64,000 bases of DNA from Trichodelitschia bisporula (Eukaryota). The position numbers and the translations under genes were made by a program. The notes beneath the pieces are model-generated. The model did no database searches, was not told where the DNA came from, and saw only the letters and a program-made list of their open reading frames with translations. Positions 23,867 to 36,842 of this stretch are shown here, piece by piece. Location of the stretch: the NCBI GenBank assembly GCA_010356995.1, contig ML996690.1:747420-811419 (forward strand). Direction: 5' to 3'. The stretch's first letter is position 1. Every line of letters starts with the position of its first letter.

Positions 23867-26214
23867 ATGTTGCTCGTTGGTCGTTCATTTCATCTGGTGG
23901 CGATTGCCGTTTGTGTTTATCTTTCCTTGATATTTGTCTTTGGAACATCGAAGACTACACATGGTATTGATTATAGGGACAGCAGTCAGGAGCAGCATGG
24001 ACCAGTCGAGGAGATTCTCACATTGGAAGAGGCGGCCAATCTTTACACAGCCTCGAGTAGTGAAAGACCACTAGTGGCAGTGACCTCGACACATTGGGAG
24101 GTTGTGACGAAGACCGTAGAGCAAGCTGCGCAGGAGTCGACTTCAGCTGCAGCGTCGACAACTTCAACAGCAACGGAATCAGATGCCCCCCAGCAGACAG
24201 GAGTCCAGCTGGATGAATATCTCAAAGATCTGTTGAACTGGCAACGCCCGTTGGCAAGCGATGGCCATTGGCCGCGCTACGAGGACTACGCCGACAGAGA
24301 TTATGATCCTAACAGATGGGAAGCGTTCAAACTGTAATAGCTCTCTGTCTATTCGTAATGTCAGCTAATGAAGTCAGTGAGGACGGGTACTACAAGTCAG
24401 GCACGAAACGGCTACCATCAGATGAAGCCGATGCATTGAAGATCGACTCGCCATACCCGGATTACCGCTCCGAACAATGGAAACGCCGCTGGAAAGGCGA
24501 CTTCGTCCCCTGTGAAGGACCAAGAGGCATCGAACTGACAGACAGCATCGAGGATTCCGTCCGAGTGTACCCCGGCGTCCCGCCCAACTTCCCAAAGCCC
24601 CTCGTCGGCTCCTCCGCAGCCATTGGCCTAGCCGACAACATCTGCGTCGACCGACTGCAGCGCTACGGCCCGTACGGGTACAACCCGCTCCTCCGCTTCC
24701 CCATCAGCATCGTCGACTGGGACAACGTCGACTGGGGCGAGCTGCAGAACAAATGCCTAGGCCGGAATAAGGAGCGCTTTGCGCCCCACGCTCGCGTCCG
24801 CCCCGCTATGAAGCCCGACTTCGCGAACCAGGACCCGGTGGACGAGACCTTGCACGAGGAGATCCGTCGCGAGGAGCCGGACCCGCCTGAGGGCGAGCCG
24901 CAGTACGAGCCTCGCACCGCTGTGCTCATCCGTACTTGGGAGGGCTACGATTACTCGCAGAACGATGTGCTAGCCATTCGTGCCATGGTCTCGGAGCTGG
25001 CGCTGCGTACCGGCGGCACGTACCAAGTGTTCCTGTTCGTCAACATTAAGGACCGCGGGATGCCGATCCATACCTCGCCCGCGGCCTACGACCATATGCT
25101 CGCGAAAACGGTGCCGCGCGAATTGCGCTCCATCGCCGTGCTGTGGAACGAGGACATGGTGCAGCGGATGTACCCGCTTGTCGGCGATTGGCAGGTGTAC
25201 TGGCACCAGTACATGCCGGTGCAGTGGTTCGCGGAGACACATCCACAGTTCGATTACGTGTGGAACTGGGAGGTCGATGTGCGCTCTATCGGGAACCACT
25301 TCCATCTGCTCGACCGCCTAGGCGACTTTGCGGCGAAGCAGCCGCGCAAATATCTGTGGGAGCGCAATGCGCGCTTCTTCATCCCCTCACACCACGGGGA
25401 CGACTTTTCGGCCTTTGCCAAAGCAAGCAACGCCATTATCGCCGAATCCGCAGCGGCAGGCAACATCACCCCCGTTTGGGGTCCACAGCCCTTTTCCCCC
25501 TTGACCACCCCCCTCGGTCCGACTCCTCCCACCGCAGAATCCGCAGACGACTTCACCTGGGGCGTCGGCGAAGAAGCCGACTTCATAACCCTCCTCCCAA
25601 TGTGGGACCCCATCCATACATTTTGGACCATGAAGAACAAAGTCTGGAACTTCAGTCCTGGCATCGCGCCCTCCTTCACTGCCGAGCACCCAACCGACGA
25701 CGGCTTCTACCATCCGTATCTAGACACCATGCCACGGCGCGGGTTCATCAACACCGTGACACGGCTCAGCCGGCGCCTGCTCCGCGCCATGCACGCCGAG
25801 AATCGGGCCGGGCGCACCACACAGGCGGAAATGTGGCCCAGCACTGCGGCCCTCCATCATGGACTCAAGGCTGTGTACGCGCCGCACCCAGTGTACAGTG
25901 GGCATACGTGGCCGGGTCGATATGCGGATTTGGTGTTTAATGCGGATGGGGGGATTGGGGGGCGCTGGGGGCAAGAGAGGGATAGTATTTATAACCAGGA
26001 CCGTGAGGTTAATTTTAGGGATTGGAGTTGGTATTATCATGCGGGTTTCCCACGGGTGTTGTATCGCCGCTGGATGGGGTGGAGGGCGAGGGATGCGGCT
26101 GGGGAGTTTGGGGGGACGGAGTGGGAGGAGGGGGAACGCGGGCCTGGGGGGCGGATGTGCCTTCCGCCGATGCTGTTGCATCCGGTTAAGAGGGGGGATT
26201 TGGAGCTGGTGTAG
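23867..26214 (+). CDS. DUF3405 family type II membrane protein; 2 exons
   Basis: N-terminal TM segment. Motifs CVDRLQRYGPYGY, VDWDNVDWGELQ..C..RN..RF, RTAVLIRTW, RAMVSELAL, WNWEVDVR..G, QPRKYLWERN, WGVGEEAD.ITL.P, EMWP...ALHHGLKAVYAPHP and MCLPPMLLHPVK. Confidence 0.9.
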
Positions 26215-26535
26215 GGTTTTTGGGGATGGAGTTTTGGGAAGCATAGGCATATCTTGGATAGAGAGGCGTTTCGGTCTTGATAATGAATCATGAAGCTCGT
26301 TTCCCTGACATCCAAGTGATGACCTTCAACCGAACTGCGAAGCTGATCCCACATCAACGCACCCCATAAGTGGTGGTGATCACCTTGTCGTGATTCCCCC
26401 GTATGGGGTTGCACATGCCAGCCCACCGTCCGATATCGGCCCCCCCGTTTGATCCCTGACATCATCCGCAAATCCACTCCAGATCTCCATCAAACCATCA
26501 CAAATATATCCTCTCTCCCCTCCACAAAGCCCACC

Positions 26536-27726
26536 ATGCCCCCCCGCCCCAACCTCACCTCCTTCCTCGCCGCCGCCAAGCAGGCCCTCCGCACCTCAAC
26601 ATTCCCCAATGCCACAACCCTAATCCTCGGCAACCCCTCGGCAGACCTAGACTCCCTAACCAGCGCCCTAACCCTCAGCTACATCCGCAGCATCACGCCC
26701 CCATTCGACCTACAAATCCCGATCCTGAACATCCCTGCCGCCGACCTCGCCCTGCGCCCTGAATTCACCGCTCTCCTACCGTACGCCGGTCTCCAACCGA
26801 GTCAGCTCATCACACTAGACGATGTACCCCCGACGCTGACACCGGGCGCCGTGTCTGTGCTGCTCGTGGATCACAATGCGATTACGGGGCCGATGGAGAG
26901 GTTCGCGGATGGTGTGAGCGGGTGTATTGATCACCATGACGACGAGGGCAAGGTGCCCGCAACAGCTGAGCTGCGCATCATCGAGCGCACTGGGAGCTGC
27001 ACCAGTTTGGTCGTCGGGCACGTAGCGGCCGCGTGGGACGCGCTGGACCCGGCGCCCGAAGTCGACGCGCAGGTCGCGAAGCTCGCTCTCGGTGCGATAC
27101 TCATCGACACGGGGTGTCTGGGGGACGGGGACAAGGTCACGGAGCACGACAGGCGGGCAGTAGATGTACTGGAGGGCAAGATCGCGGCGGCGTGGGAGGA
27201 GTGGGATAGGGAGGTGTTTTATGCTGCGCTGAGGCAAGCGAAGGAGGATCTTGGCCCGTTGGCACTGAGGGATGTTCTTCGCAAGGATTACAAGGAGTGG
27301 GATGAGAGCCTCCGCGTTGGTGTTGCGTCTGTTGTTAAGCCGCTTGCGTGGATGGCGGACAAGGCTGGGCGAGAAACGGGCAAGTCGCCCGCCGCTGCGC
27401 TCCTGGCCGACGTGGACGCCTTTGCGAAAGAGCGTAACGCGGGCCTGTTCGCCGTCATGACCACACATACAAACGACGACGGGCACTTCCACCGCGAGCT
27501 CCTACTGCTAGGCTTCGGCTCCGCAGGCATCGAGGCGGGTGAACGCTTCGTAGCCGAGTCAACCGAAGAACTCAGCCTCGCGCCGTGGGCCGGCAGCCTG
27601 AATCTCGCCGGCGCAGACGCAGACGGACAGACCCGGCGCTGGGCATGGGAGCAGCATGCTACACAACATAGCCGGAAGCGCGTAGGGCCATTGCTACGCG
27701 CAGCGGTGAGGCGGGGAGGGGGGTGA
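26536..27726 (+). CDS. PPX1: Exopolyphosphatase (DHH/DHHA2, Prune-like)
   Basis: Motifs GNPSADLDS, LVDHN, IDHH, GSCTSLV, ILIDT, LRKDYKEW and SRKRVGPLLR. Confidence 0.93.
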   Translation: MPPRPNLTSFLAAAKQALRTSTFPNATTLILGNPSADLDSLTSALTLSYIRSITPPFDLQIPILNIPAADLALRPEFTALLPYAGLQPSQLITLDDVPPTLTPGAVSVLLVDHNAITGPMERFADGVSGCIDHHDDEGKVPATAELRIIERTGSCTSLVVGHVAAAWDALDPAPEVDAQVAKLALGAILIDTGCLGDGDKVTEHDRRAVDVLEGKIAAAWEEWDREVFYAALRQAKEDLGPLALRDVLRKDYKEWDESLRVGVASVVKPLAWMADKAGRETGKSPAAALLADVDAFAKERNAGLFAVMTTHTNDDGHFHRELLLLGFGSAGIEAGERFVAESTEELSLAPWAGSLNLAGADADGQTRRWAWEQHATQHSRKRVGPLLRAAVRRGGG

Positions 27727-30700
27727 GTTCGTTGCGCGCGGAAGGGGCGGGGGGCTGACATTCAGGGTGCCGATGTGAGGATCAGGATCGGGGCGAGGGC
27801 GGGGATGAGGTGGCGGGCGCGCTGTGTGAGGTGAGGTGGCTGATCGGCGGTGATCTGGATATGGGCTGAGGTGTTGGGCTGCTGTGGTGGGCGGATGATA
27901 GGGGGGAGGATGCGGAGATAGGCGAGCGGCGTTGGCGATGTTGGCCACCTGGCGATGATTTGGAGGTGGGGAGTTGCGGCGTGGTTGTGATGGTTTGATG
28001 GCTTGCTCGTCATGCTATCGCGAGCTGGAGCCTGGATTTGTGCAAGGCTTGATGCCAGTGCGAGGCCTGATGTTGCTGTACAAGTGCGGTCCGGTGTCAC
28101 GTGCCACGAGACTTGGCATATTTACTCTTTTCAGCATTTCAGAGCAAACCGACGTTTTCAAACTGTGTCTGCCTGACGGGAGGCCGGCTGGACGGACACG
28201 TCATGCGAGGAGATACGCAGGCTGAAGGCTGAAGGCTGTTCACTTGGACACCAGAGCTGAGAGGAAGCAAAGCAATTCTGACCGGCTGTTTGATATTCTT
28301 GACCGCAACCAGTGCAAATGATGCTATTCCGAATGAGCAAGACCCAGAGACCCAGTACCCAGTAGGCAGACGCGGATGCATGTTGGAAAGGGAGGTGTGA
28401 TGTCAAAACACGAGATACCGTTGTACAACCCCCCGCCAACCTCGGGCGTGCCATGAGAGGAAGGAGACGAGAAACCGGAGGTGTCCACGGAAGCTCAATG
28501 GACGACAAATCGCTCACAACAACACCGGCAAAGCGGCCGTGAAATTGGATCCAAAGAAAACTTGAGGCTGACCGGACGGGAAGCTAGATTGGACGAGTGA
28601 GCGAACCAAGGACGATAACAAGCTAAAAAGATGGGCGGAGATTGGTGATGCAGAAATGCATTGCAGGAAAGAAAAGCGAATTACCGGGCCGTGAATGGGC
28701 GAAATCGGACGATCCAACGACAATTTGCCACAAGGTACATAGCCGGGCCGAGATACATGAAATAAGTACCAGGCGCCCAAAGGGGAAAGAGGCACGGGTG
28801 GCCGACGACGACATCCAGCTGCAGGCGCGCCGTAAGGAGACGGCTGCAGGGCGCAAAGGTTAGTATGGCGACGAGTGAGGGACGGGCGCGGGCAAAATTG
28901 GGCATTCATCGCAGCTGGGCAGGCCGTCATTTAACGCAGCCGTGGGCGAAGTCACGACTTGTCGCTGTGACGGGCTGTGGCTTTGGGTTGAGGTTGACAG
29001 GTGCTGGGGCTGCCAACTCATCAAGCGCCATGCAAGCCGGGGGTCGGGGCGGGTGTGGTCGCGCGTACGTCTCGACCACTTGCCGGTTGCGACGGAGCGT
29101 ACGGTTCAAGGATGATGCGCGTTGAGAGAAAACAACAATTTGCAGTAAGCGAAAGGGATTGCTGCACCCATTGAAGCGAAGGAGGCCAATGTTTGGATGA
29201 GGTTGGGAAGCTGATGGAAGTTGGAGGGAGAGGTGAGATTGAGGAGAGAGGCAGAGAGGGTTAAGCGGTGCGGCTTACATAAGACTGTCAAAGTCTCAGC
29301 TGTTTTCCACGTGCACGGTCCACATTCCTTGCTGCTGATCAGCTTGCTCTCCGCCCCGCTGGCCTGGTGGGCGGCGCGGGGAGAGTGGAGGGACAGGGCG
29401 GGAGAGGGCGGGAGAGGGCGGTGGAAACGCGGGGGAAAAGGAATGGAAGTCGGGTATGCAGTTCGAGCCATGGTGAGTGGTGAGAAGTCGGGGAGTACGG
29501 AGTATCGGAAAGTATGCAAGTTACGCCCCAGCGAGCGAGTATCTGGCCGTGATAGCTCGCAAACAGCTTGCTTGCTGCCTCTGCGTCTGGATTGCTCTGG
29601 ATGCGAATACGGAAGCACAGTACGTTGCTAGTCTCCCTTTCATGCGCATGTTGCAGCTGTAGAATGTAACTCTGTTTGATGAAGAGAGAAGGACAGGCTG
29701 GAGCAGGCCTATCCTGTAGCCCACGCCAACTCTTTGCCGTCTTCACGCTCTTGTCCCCTACATGATCATGTAGCTAACAACCTGCAAGTCCAGGACAGGC
29801 CGTGCAGAGGAGAGCAAACAAGAGCCAGTGTTGCATCTGGAGAAATCTCTCCTCTTACCGGACTGCGGAGCGTACAGGTACATACGGAGTACATGATACT
29901 GTACACGTCCGTTGAGCCAGTAGAAGCGACGGCAGGTGTCTGTGGTGAGTGAAGAAGAAGAAGTCGAAGTGGCTTCTCTGTCTTCTTCTCCACCTCCAGG
30001 AGATGTTGCCTTCGTCCACTCCTCTACTGCACCACCCCTCCATCCCCACTTGCTTGGCTATGGTGAGTGGACATCGTGATTCGTCGCCGGCACTACGGCG
30101 ATGTGCTGGCCGTCTGCAAGTCATAGATTTGGGAAGGATTTTGTGGGTGAGAGAGACGAATTGTCTTCGTCGAACTGGCTGAAGCCTTGCATCTTTTGCA
30201 TCCACTGCCACATCCCCGTGTCTGCTTCTCTCCCCTTCTCACACCTATTTTCTGTGTGTGTTCGTAGCCCATCGCAAGTCGTCTCGCCCCATCGCCACTC
30301 ACAGAGGAGTGAGGAGTCAACCGCTCCCCCCCTCCCCCATCCCCACCACCCACCACCTCCGCCTCATCCATCCATCTCATCCCATCCAGCCCCAGCTTTT
30401 GCTCCCAACTTCATCTCAAAACCTTGCAAACTTTATCTCTGCTCATCTTTCTTTGCGTTGTTCAACAAGATCTTCACGGTGCAGCGTCGCTCTTCCTCTT
30501 CTTTTATCTTTCCGTGCCGAAGAGTGAAGCCCAACTCTTACCGAAGCGCGACTCGGCCTATCCCTCCCGTCCACCCCCCCGCTGGTCACCAATCAACACC
30601 AGCATCCCCGTCGAAGCCTTTGCGCTCCGCCAGCACATCGTACAGCAACACAAGTTGCCATTCAAACGTCGCTCGCCCGCCCGCCAACCCGTAACCACGC

Positions 30701-30844
30701 GCTTCCGCAACTTGTACTGCAGCTGCTGAGCTGGGCCTCATGCTGCTCTCTGGATAGCCGAAAGCGAGCCCAATCTAGTCATGATTTGACCTCATAGCGC
30801 CCTCCTCTTCCTCACGTAGTCCATCCCCCCCACCACATGGCGCG

Positions 30845-33800
30845 ATGAACAGAAGCCAGCTTTCGTCGTCGTCGCCAGCGCCCGCGCCCTCTCCCTCTCG
30901 TAAGTCCACTTACCTACCTCCTACCCTATCCCAGAATGCAAAACTCCACTGCCACCTTGTTGTCCCTTCGCCGTGGATCCTATTGTTGCTCTGCCAATAA
31001 TCACTCGTTGTGCCCCCCTATGAGTTGGCACATGCTAACGTCGTCGCGCGGACCCTTCAGCCTCCTCCACCTCAATTACCTCCCCTCCTTCCGCCTCTCA
31101 AACTCCTACTCCTCCTTCCGACTCTCGTACCGAGTCGCATGAAAAAGTTCAGCGGGCTCCCATCCGGTCCCCGAGCCCTCCCAGGTCCCGCTCGTCACCC
31201 CAGCCGCGTCCTGATCACCAGAAAATGAGCAGTGGTGCTGGAGATCATACCAACAACAATGAACACGGGGACAACGCCTCCCAACAACCACAGCAACCAC
31301 GCCCACCCATGCCTTCATCATCAGCTTCGGCGCCGCTCGGACGACTGCCGCGTCTGCTTCCCCACGATCTTTCGCAGTACACGGACACCTCGCTCCCGAT
31401 AGCCGCCCTTCCCCATTCCAGCACCTCTCTTTCCGAACTCGCCCACCTCATCCGCCTCCAAAAGTACCAAGAGCAACGCCGGGCCCACTCGCGTGTCCGG
31501 TTACACCGATGGCTCGTATCCGCCGCCCTTTCGTCACGCCTCCTTCACTGCGGCGAGCTCGCCTATCGCACCCTCATTGAGAACTTTCGCTCCGACGACC
31601 GCAAAAGCTTTGCCACCCTGTACAATGCCATCCACGATGTGCGCAGTTCCTGCGACGCCACCCGGCGGTACGCTCTCTTGGAGCCCGACATGGAGACGGG
31701 CAAGACGAGGCTCTCGTCCAAGGCTGAGACCACCAACTTCTCAACCTTCATGCATGAGCTGCCTTCTCAGGTTCGCAATCCTCTGATCGAATTTGTGAGT
31801 GAGATTCGCACGAATCCCGATTTCTTGGCTGCTCGCATTGCCAGTCTGTCGCAGGCCGAGTTCTTCGCCCTCACCGGCTTCCGACCTCCCTTGGACCCGC
31901 AAGAGTCCGTCATGGCCTTGAGCAAAAATGCACCCATGAAGAAGCCTGTGTCCTCCGTTCCCAGCCCTGTTGAGCGTCTTCTTTCCTTTCAGCGTCACGA
32001 TCCCGTGTCCGCCCTCATCTACACTGTCTTTGCCAGCTCCTCCGGGCCAGATTCAGCTGAAGATTTGCGCCGCACCGATGCCTGGGCCACTACTTGCGCG
32101 CGCCTCATAACTGAGGCGAAGCCCGGCAGCACAAGACTGATCGGCAGCGTGCTCGACGCTTGGGCCGGTATGCGGGATTGGCCTGCCAAGGTCAACATTG
32201 AGCTGTTCCTCATGCAGGTTCTCCAGGAGGGCCAGTTCATCCTAGAAAAGGCCGACACTCAGCCGTCGAAGACTGGTGCCCTCGGCGACATGGTTGAGGC
32301 TACTGCCAAGCAGTTGGAGTACGCTGCAGAGGAGTTTTTCGACCGGTCTGTCAAGAAGCTGTTTGACGTGATTGACGATGAGCCCAGTGCTGGTGGCATG
32401 CCCGAGGGCGTGTTGGAGATTGGAAGCGCAATTCTGAAGAAGCTCAGCCACGCCAAAAAGCTGCGTCATGCGGCCGAAATCGTCATAATCCACCGCTGGT
32501 TTTTCTCGTCCTTTTTGCTTAGTGCACTCATCTTTCCAGAGGTATGGTCTTCACTCACCCGAAAGTGCACTTGCTAACGAAGACTAGAGCCATGGCATAA
32601 TGTCTGGCTATCATATCTCCAAGCCAGCTCGCGAGCTGATCCTCAAGGAGATCGCTCAGCGAGCCCAGAGACAGGTTCTTGGCATGGAGTACAACTTGTA
32701 AGTTTGCTTGGTCAACCATTGATTCAACGGAGTCTAACCGACTGCAGGAAGCAAACGGTGCAGATCATGCCCGAAGTCAAGAATCACATGGAGAATCTTC
32801 TTCAGCGTTTCAGGTTTCCGCGGTCCGCGACCCGGCCTGTCTTGTTGCCGGCGAAGGCCATCACCTCTCCGAGAGAGACGGTTGAGGTTCAGCCCTTTTT
32901 GGTTATCTGCCCCTCTGATTTGGTGACCCTCGTCAACTCACTCTTCCCGGAACGCCGGCCGTCATCGGAGCAGGGCGAGAAGAGCTTCTCCACCAGAGGC
33001 TTGGCCTCATCCGCTTCCTCAATGTCCGGGGTGTCAATCCCTTTCCATCTCAACTCAACCCCAGGCAATGGAAGCTCTGTACTCAGCAAGAGTGTGTCGT
33101 CAATGACGAGCGACACCACATCACGTGAGCCGCTGCTCGATCCCACTGACAAGGCAGACGACTCTGGTGATGGTCTTAACATTCAAGACCACAACGTTCC
33201 CTTCCGGATCGTGCCGACGGAGGATTGCGGTCGCCGTTTGCGGATGGCCTGCTCTGAGATGTCCAGGATCCTTGGCCAAGAGGCAACTGCCGGCTCGTGC
33301 CATCCGTGTGCCGAGAGGTGGGCGGTGCTCTACGTGTCTCCGGACGGCCAGAAGCTGAAGACCCGGATGGGCAAGGATGCCGAGGATGAGGATGAGCAAG
33401 AAGAGGATTCGCCGGACACCGACAGTGATGAAGACGGTCAGGGCTCCCAGATGGACCTTGCGTCGGACTACCACCAGGTCAAGGAGTCCATTGTCAAGCT
33501 GCTCCAGGAGTATGAACTTCCGAAGAATCTTGCTCCCGAGAACGAGTCGAAGCAGTTCAGCAACCGCACATCAACCCATCGCGGCCGCGGGGGTATGCGG
33601 AAGGACCGGATCACCACCATGCGTATAGATGAGGGAGCCTCCAACAGCCAGTTGTCGAGCCTCATTACTCATCAGCGTGGAGCCGGCTCTCGCCTTCGGC
33701 CTGGACAGCACGTCCGTAGCAACAGCGCCGGTGACCTGGAGGAGCCAAAGAAAGAGCGACCCGCGGATCTTGTTGTGATGCTTGAGGCTGCGTTTGTCCA

Positions 33801-36282
33801 GTGCCACAGCCGTAATGAGTTTGTCAATGCGCATCACTGGCACAAGACCCTCGAGCAGTTGCGCAAGATCACGTCGCCCTCTTTGACTCGGGATGGATAC
33901 GCACCGCTTCTCAACCTCTTTGCCCGCGGACCCCGGGATTCATTGAACAAGTCGTTCAGTGCCATCGAGGAGTTTGAGGCGTGGTTTGCCTGGCTCAAGC
34001 AGTCACAGGAGCGCCACGATGCCAACATCGAGGACATGCTCGTTGAGCTGAAGCATCTCCGCGACAAGATGTGGTACAAGACGGCCGTCTTGACGTCTGC
34101 TGGCTACGAAGAAGCCAAGAATGTTGCCGTCGCGCTCAAGCTAATGGCAGCGCCGACTAAGACATCAGATGGTAAGCCCATCAACCACAATCGGGGTCGC
34201 AACCTTTCCAAGGCGACCTCCAACTTCCTGCTGAAGCCGGAGGCTCAAACACTGGACCTGATGGCCGCGCCGGTTGAAAATGCTGGCCCGAACAAGTTGG
34301 TTGACGAGCAGGCCGAGCTGACATTGCGATGGTTGCAATCCTACGGGATTGAGAACTTTTGCAAAGGCGAGGAACGAATTCACCGCTTCTGTCTTGAAGT
34401 CGACAAGTGCGTCAACAAGCTGGTTGGTGATGGCGTCCTTGATGGTCCTGTGCTCTGGTCGAGCGAACTCTACCGCAGAGACAAGGATATCTTGGACAGT
34501 GGGCGGCAAAAGGGCGACCTTTGGCTGACTGGGGTTGGTACGCTGAGCATTGCGAGCGACGAGGAGTATGAGACACAGCCGGGCCGTACCCTTCCCAGGA
34601 GTCTTGACTTGGTCCAGCCTATGCCGTCAAGCCTGCGCAACGGTACACAGCGTGCCCCGATGCACAGCATTGATGCTGCGGTCAACAGCAACAATCGGCC
34701 CGTCAACCTGATGGACTCTCAGGATTATTTCGGCGTCGCCAACCCCGCGCTGTCAATCGACTCGACTGTTACTTTCTGGTCGCCGTTCCAGGCGCAGGCC
34801 CAGTCCCCGTCGGAGAAGTCGGGCACCATCAGGCCGATGGCCAACCCCTCGGCCCGCGGACCTGTGATGCTGAAGAGCTCAGCCACCGTCAATGACGACA
34901 AGCGCAGGTTCCTCCTCGACCTGAAGCAGACGCTAACTGGCCTGCTGCTCAGTGATCTCGGCACTCTTGTTTTCAACGGCGGCACTGAGACTGACGTCTG
35001 GTTCTCTAGCGATCTTGGCGAGGAGTGCATCCAGCGCAGCGAGGCCGAGGAACGCAGGCGGAAGCAGAAGCTGCTCCGCAAGAAGAGCATGAAGACGCTG
35101 AAAAGCTCGGCCCGGGAGCAGCGACAGAATGCCCTCGAGACGATTGGCCGCTCTGAGCGGGGCGGTCCGGCGGCCCCGGTAGCTACGCTTCAGAATGCTG
35201 ATGTCCTCCACCACTCAGCCGGCGAAATGAGCGATACTCCTGCCAATCTGCGCGGCGATCGCCTCTCCGCCGCCAAGAAGGCTGGGCTCCTAGAGTTCCC
35301 GTACAACGTCGCCTTCCGACGTCTGCTCCGCAAGTTCGCAACTCACCCCAACCCCTTCTCCAAACTTCACGCGCTATACGAACTCGAACTCCTCATCATC
35401 GCATCCCTTTCTTCAAAGTCTGCACGTTCCTACGGTGCCCGGATTGATCCGCTCCCCACTGTTCCGCAGTCGCCCAGCCTTGGCTCCATTCCTGAGCTGA
35501 GCTCACGTGAAGCCGCTGTCCATACTCCGCAGGCGCAGAACCTGCGGGAAGCCATCGCCAACGTGACGGAGCGGCGCTCGCACAGCATGAACACGCAAAA
35601 CAACGGACGCGGGTCCCCATCACCTCATCCCAACGACGGCCGGCGCTCGCCCAACGGTCCGCCAAGCACTGACATGATTGTCGAGGTGCTGCAGAGCCTG
35701 TTCCGCGATGCCGAGATCCGTCCCAAGACACTGTTCCGCGACTTGCAGTACATCGCCGCATTCGTTCCCGCCAGCATACTGGACAAGACGCCGCGCGGGA
35801 AGGCCTTCTGGGACGCTGGGCTCGTGGCTCTGTGGCTGAAGCAGGAAAGCGTCCGCTACATGATCGAGATTGCCGACGGTATTGTTGCCCAGAATACGGA
35901 GAGCCGGTTTGCGAGCACCAGCCAGCAGGGCGCGACGCCGACGCTGAGCTCCGACAGCGTGGCGCGGTGGTCCATGTCGGATGCCGCGCGCATGTACATC
36001 ATCACGGCCAAGGAGTGCGACCCGGTGGCGGAACGCGAGTTGGCCATCTTTTACCTCACCCATCCGGATCTGCTGCCTCGCACGCTGCTGCCGCTGTCGA
36101 AGCCGCGCGAGATTTTCAAGGACTCGCTGCTGAACCGCGACCGCAAGAAGGAGGATCCCAACCGCAGCGATCCGATGACGATGTGCGTTGCGCAGCACTG
36201 GATGGAGATGAGCAAGAAGGGTGGCGACGAGCTGGCCACCACGTATCTGCGCGGGAAAGACGAGATGGAGCGCATCCCTTAG
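30845..36282 (+). CDS. Large (about 1,700 aa) conserved fungal protein with VPS9-like and SEL1-like C-terminal motifs; 4 exons
   Basis: ATG 30845 plus intron 30900-31060 (GTAAGT..GCTAAC..CAG) joins in frame to ORF 31225. Two further introns near 32542-32588 and 32698-32748 join it to ORF 32704..36282. Confidence 0.85.
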
Positions 36283-36827
36283 GTCTTGTTTGCATTTTTT
36301 TACTTTGAGCACGAAAACGTGCTCTAGGTGGCTGGTTTGTCCTTTTTTAACCCCCTAGAGCGTTATGGAGCACTGGATGCTCATGCTGCCCGTGTTTGGA
36401 TAGAGCGGCTTCGGCAACCGTGGATATGACCTTTTGCCGGCTCGATTATGCTGGGGCTGCATATGGAACGGCCTTGGGGGTATGGCTTTTGATCTTTTGA
36501 TCGACGACCTCTCGGTATTGGACATAATTTGATGACATGTCAAGGAGATTTGTCGTTTTGTTTGAACTTTTGTCTTTCTTGCGTTGGACATCATCTACGG
36601 GTGAGGGGCATTGAGTGTCCCTGGAGCGATTTGTTTATGTTTCTTCTACTTTATTACCCCCATCCCCCCGCCCCGTTGCTTATGCACTTTTTACTCGCCG
36701 CACCCGTCCTTGCTTTCTCGGCATTGTATACGCCTTCTCTGCTTCTGCGACGAATCTCCCGAGTCTCTTTGCCAAAGCCGCACGCAGCTCTGGATGACGA
36801 CGACGATGACGATGGGACGAAGGGAAA

Positions 36828-36842
36828 GGGGGGGGGGGGGGG
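36828..36842. repeat. G15 homopolymer, preceded by a (GAC/GAT)n microsatellite at about 36793-36813
   Basis: Read directly from the sequence. Confidence 0.9.
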
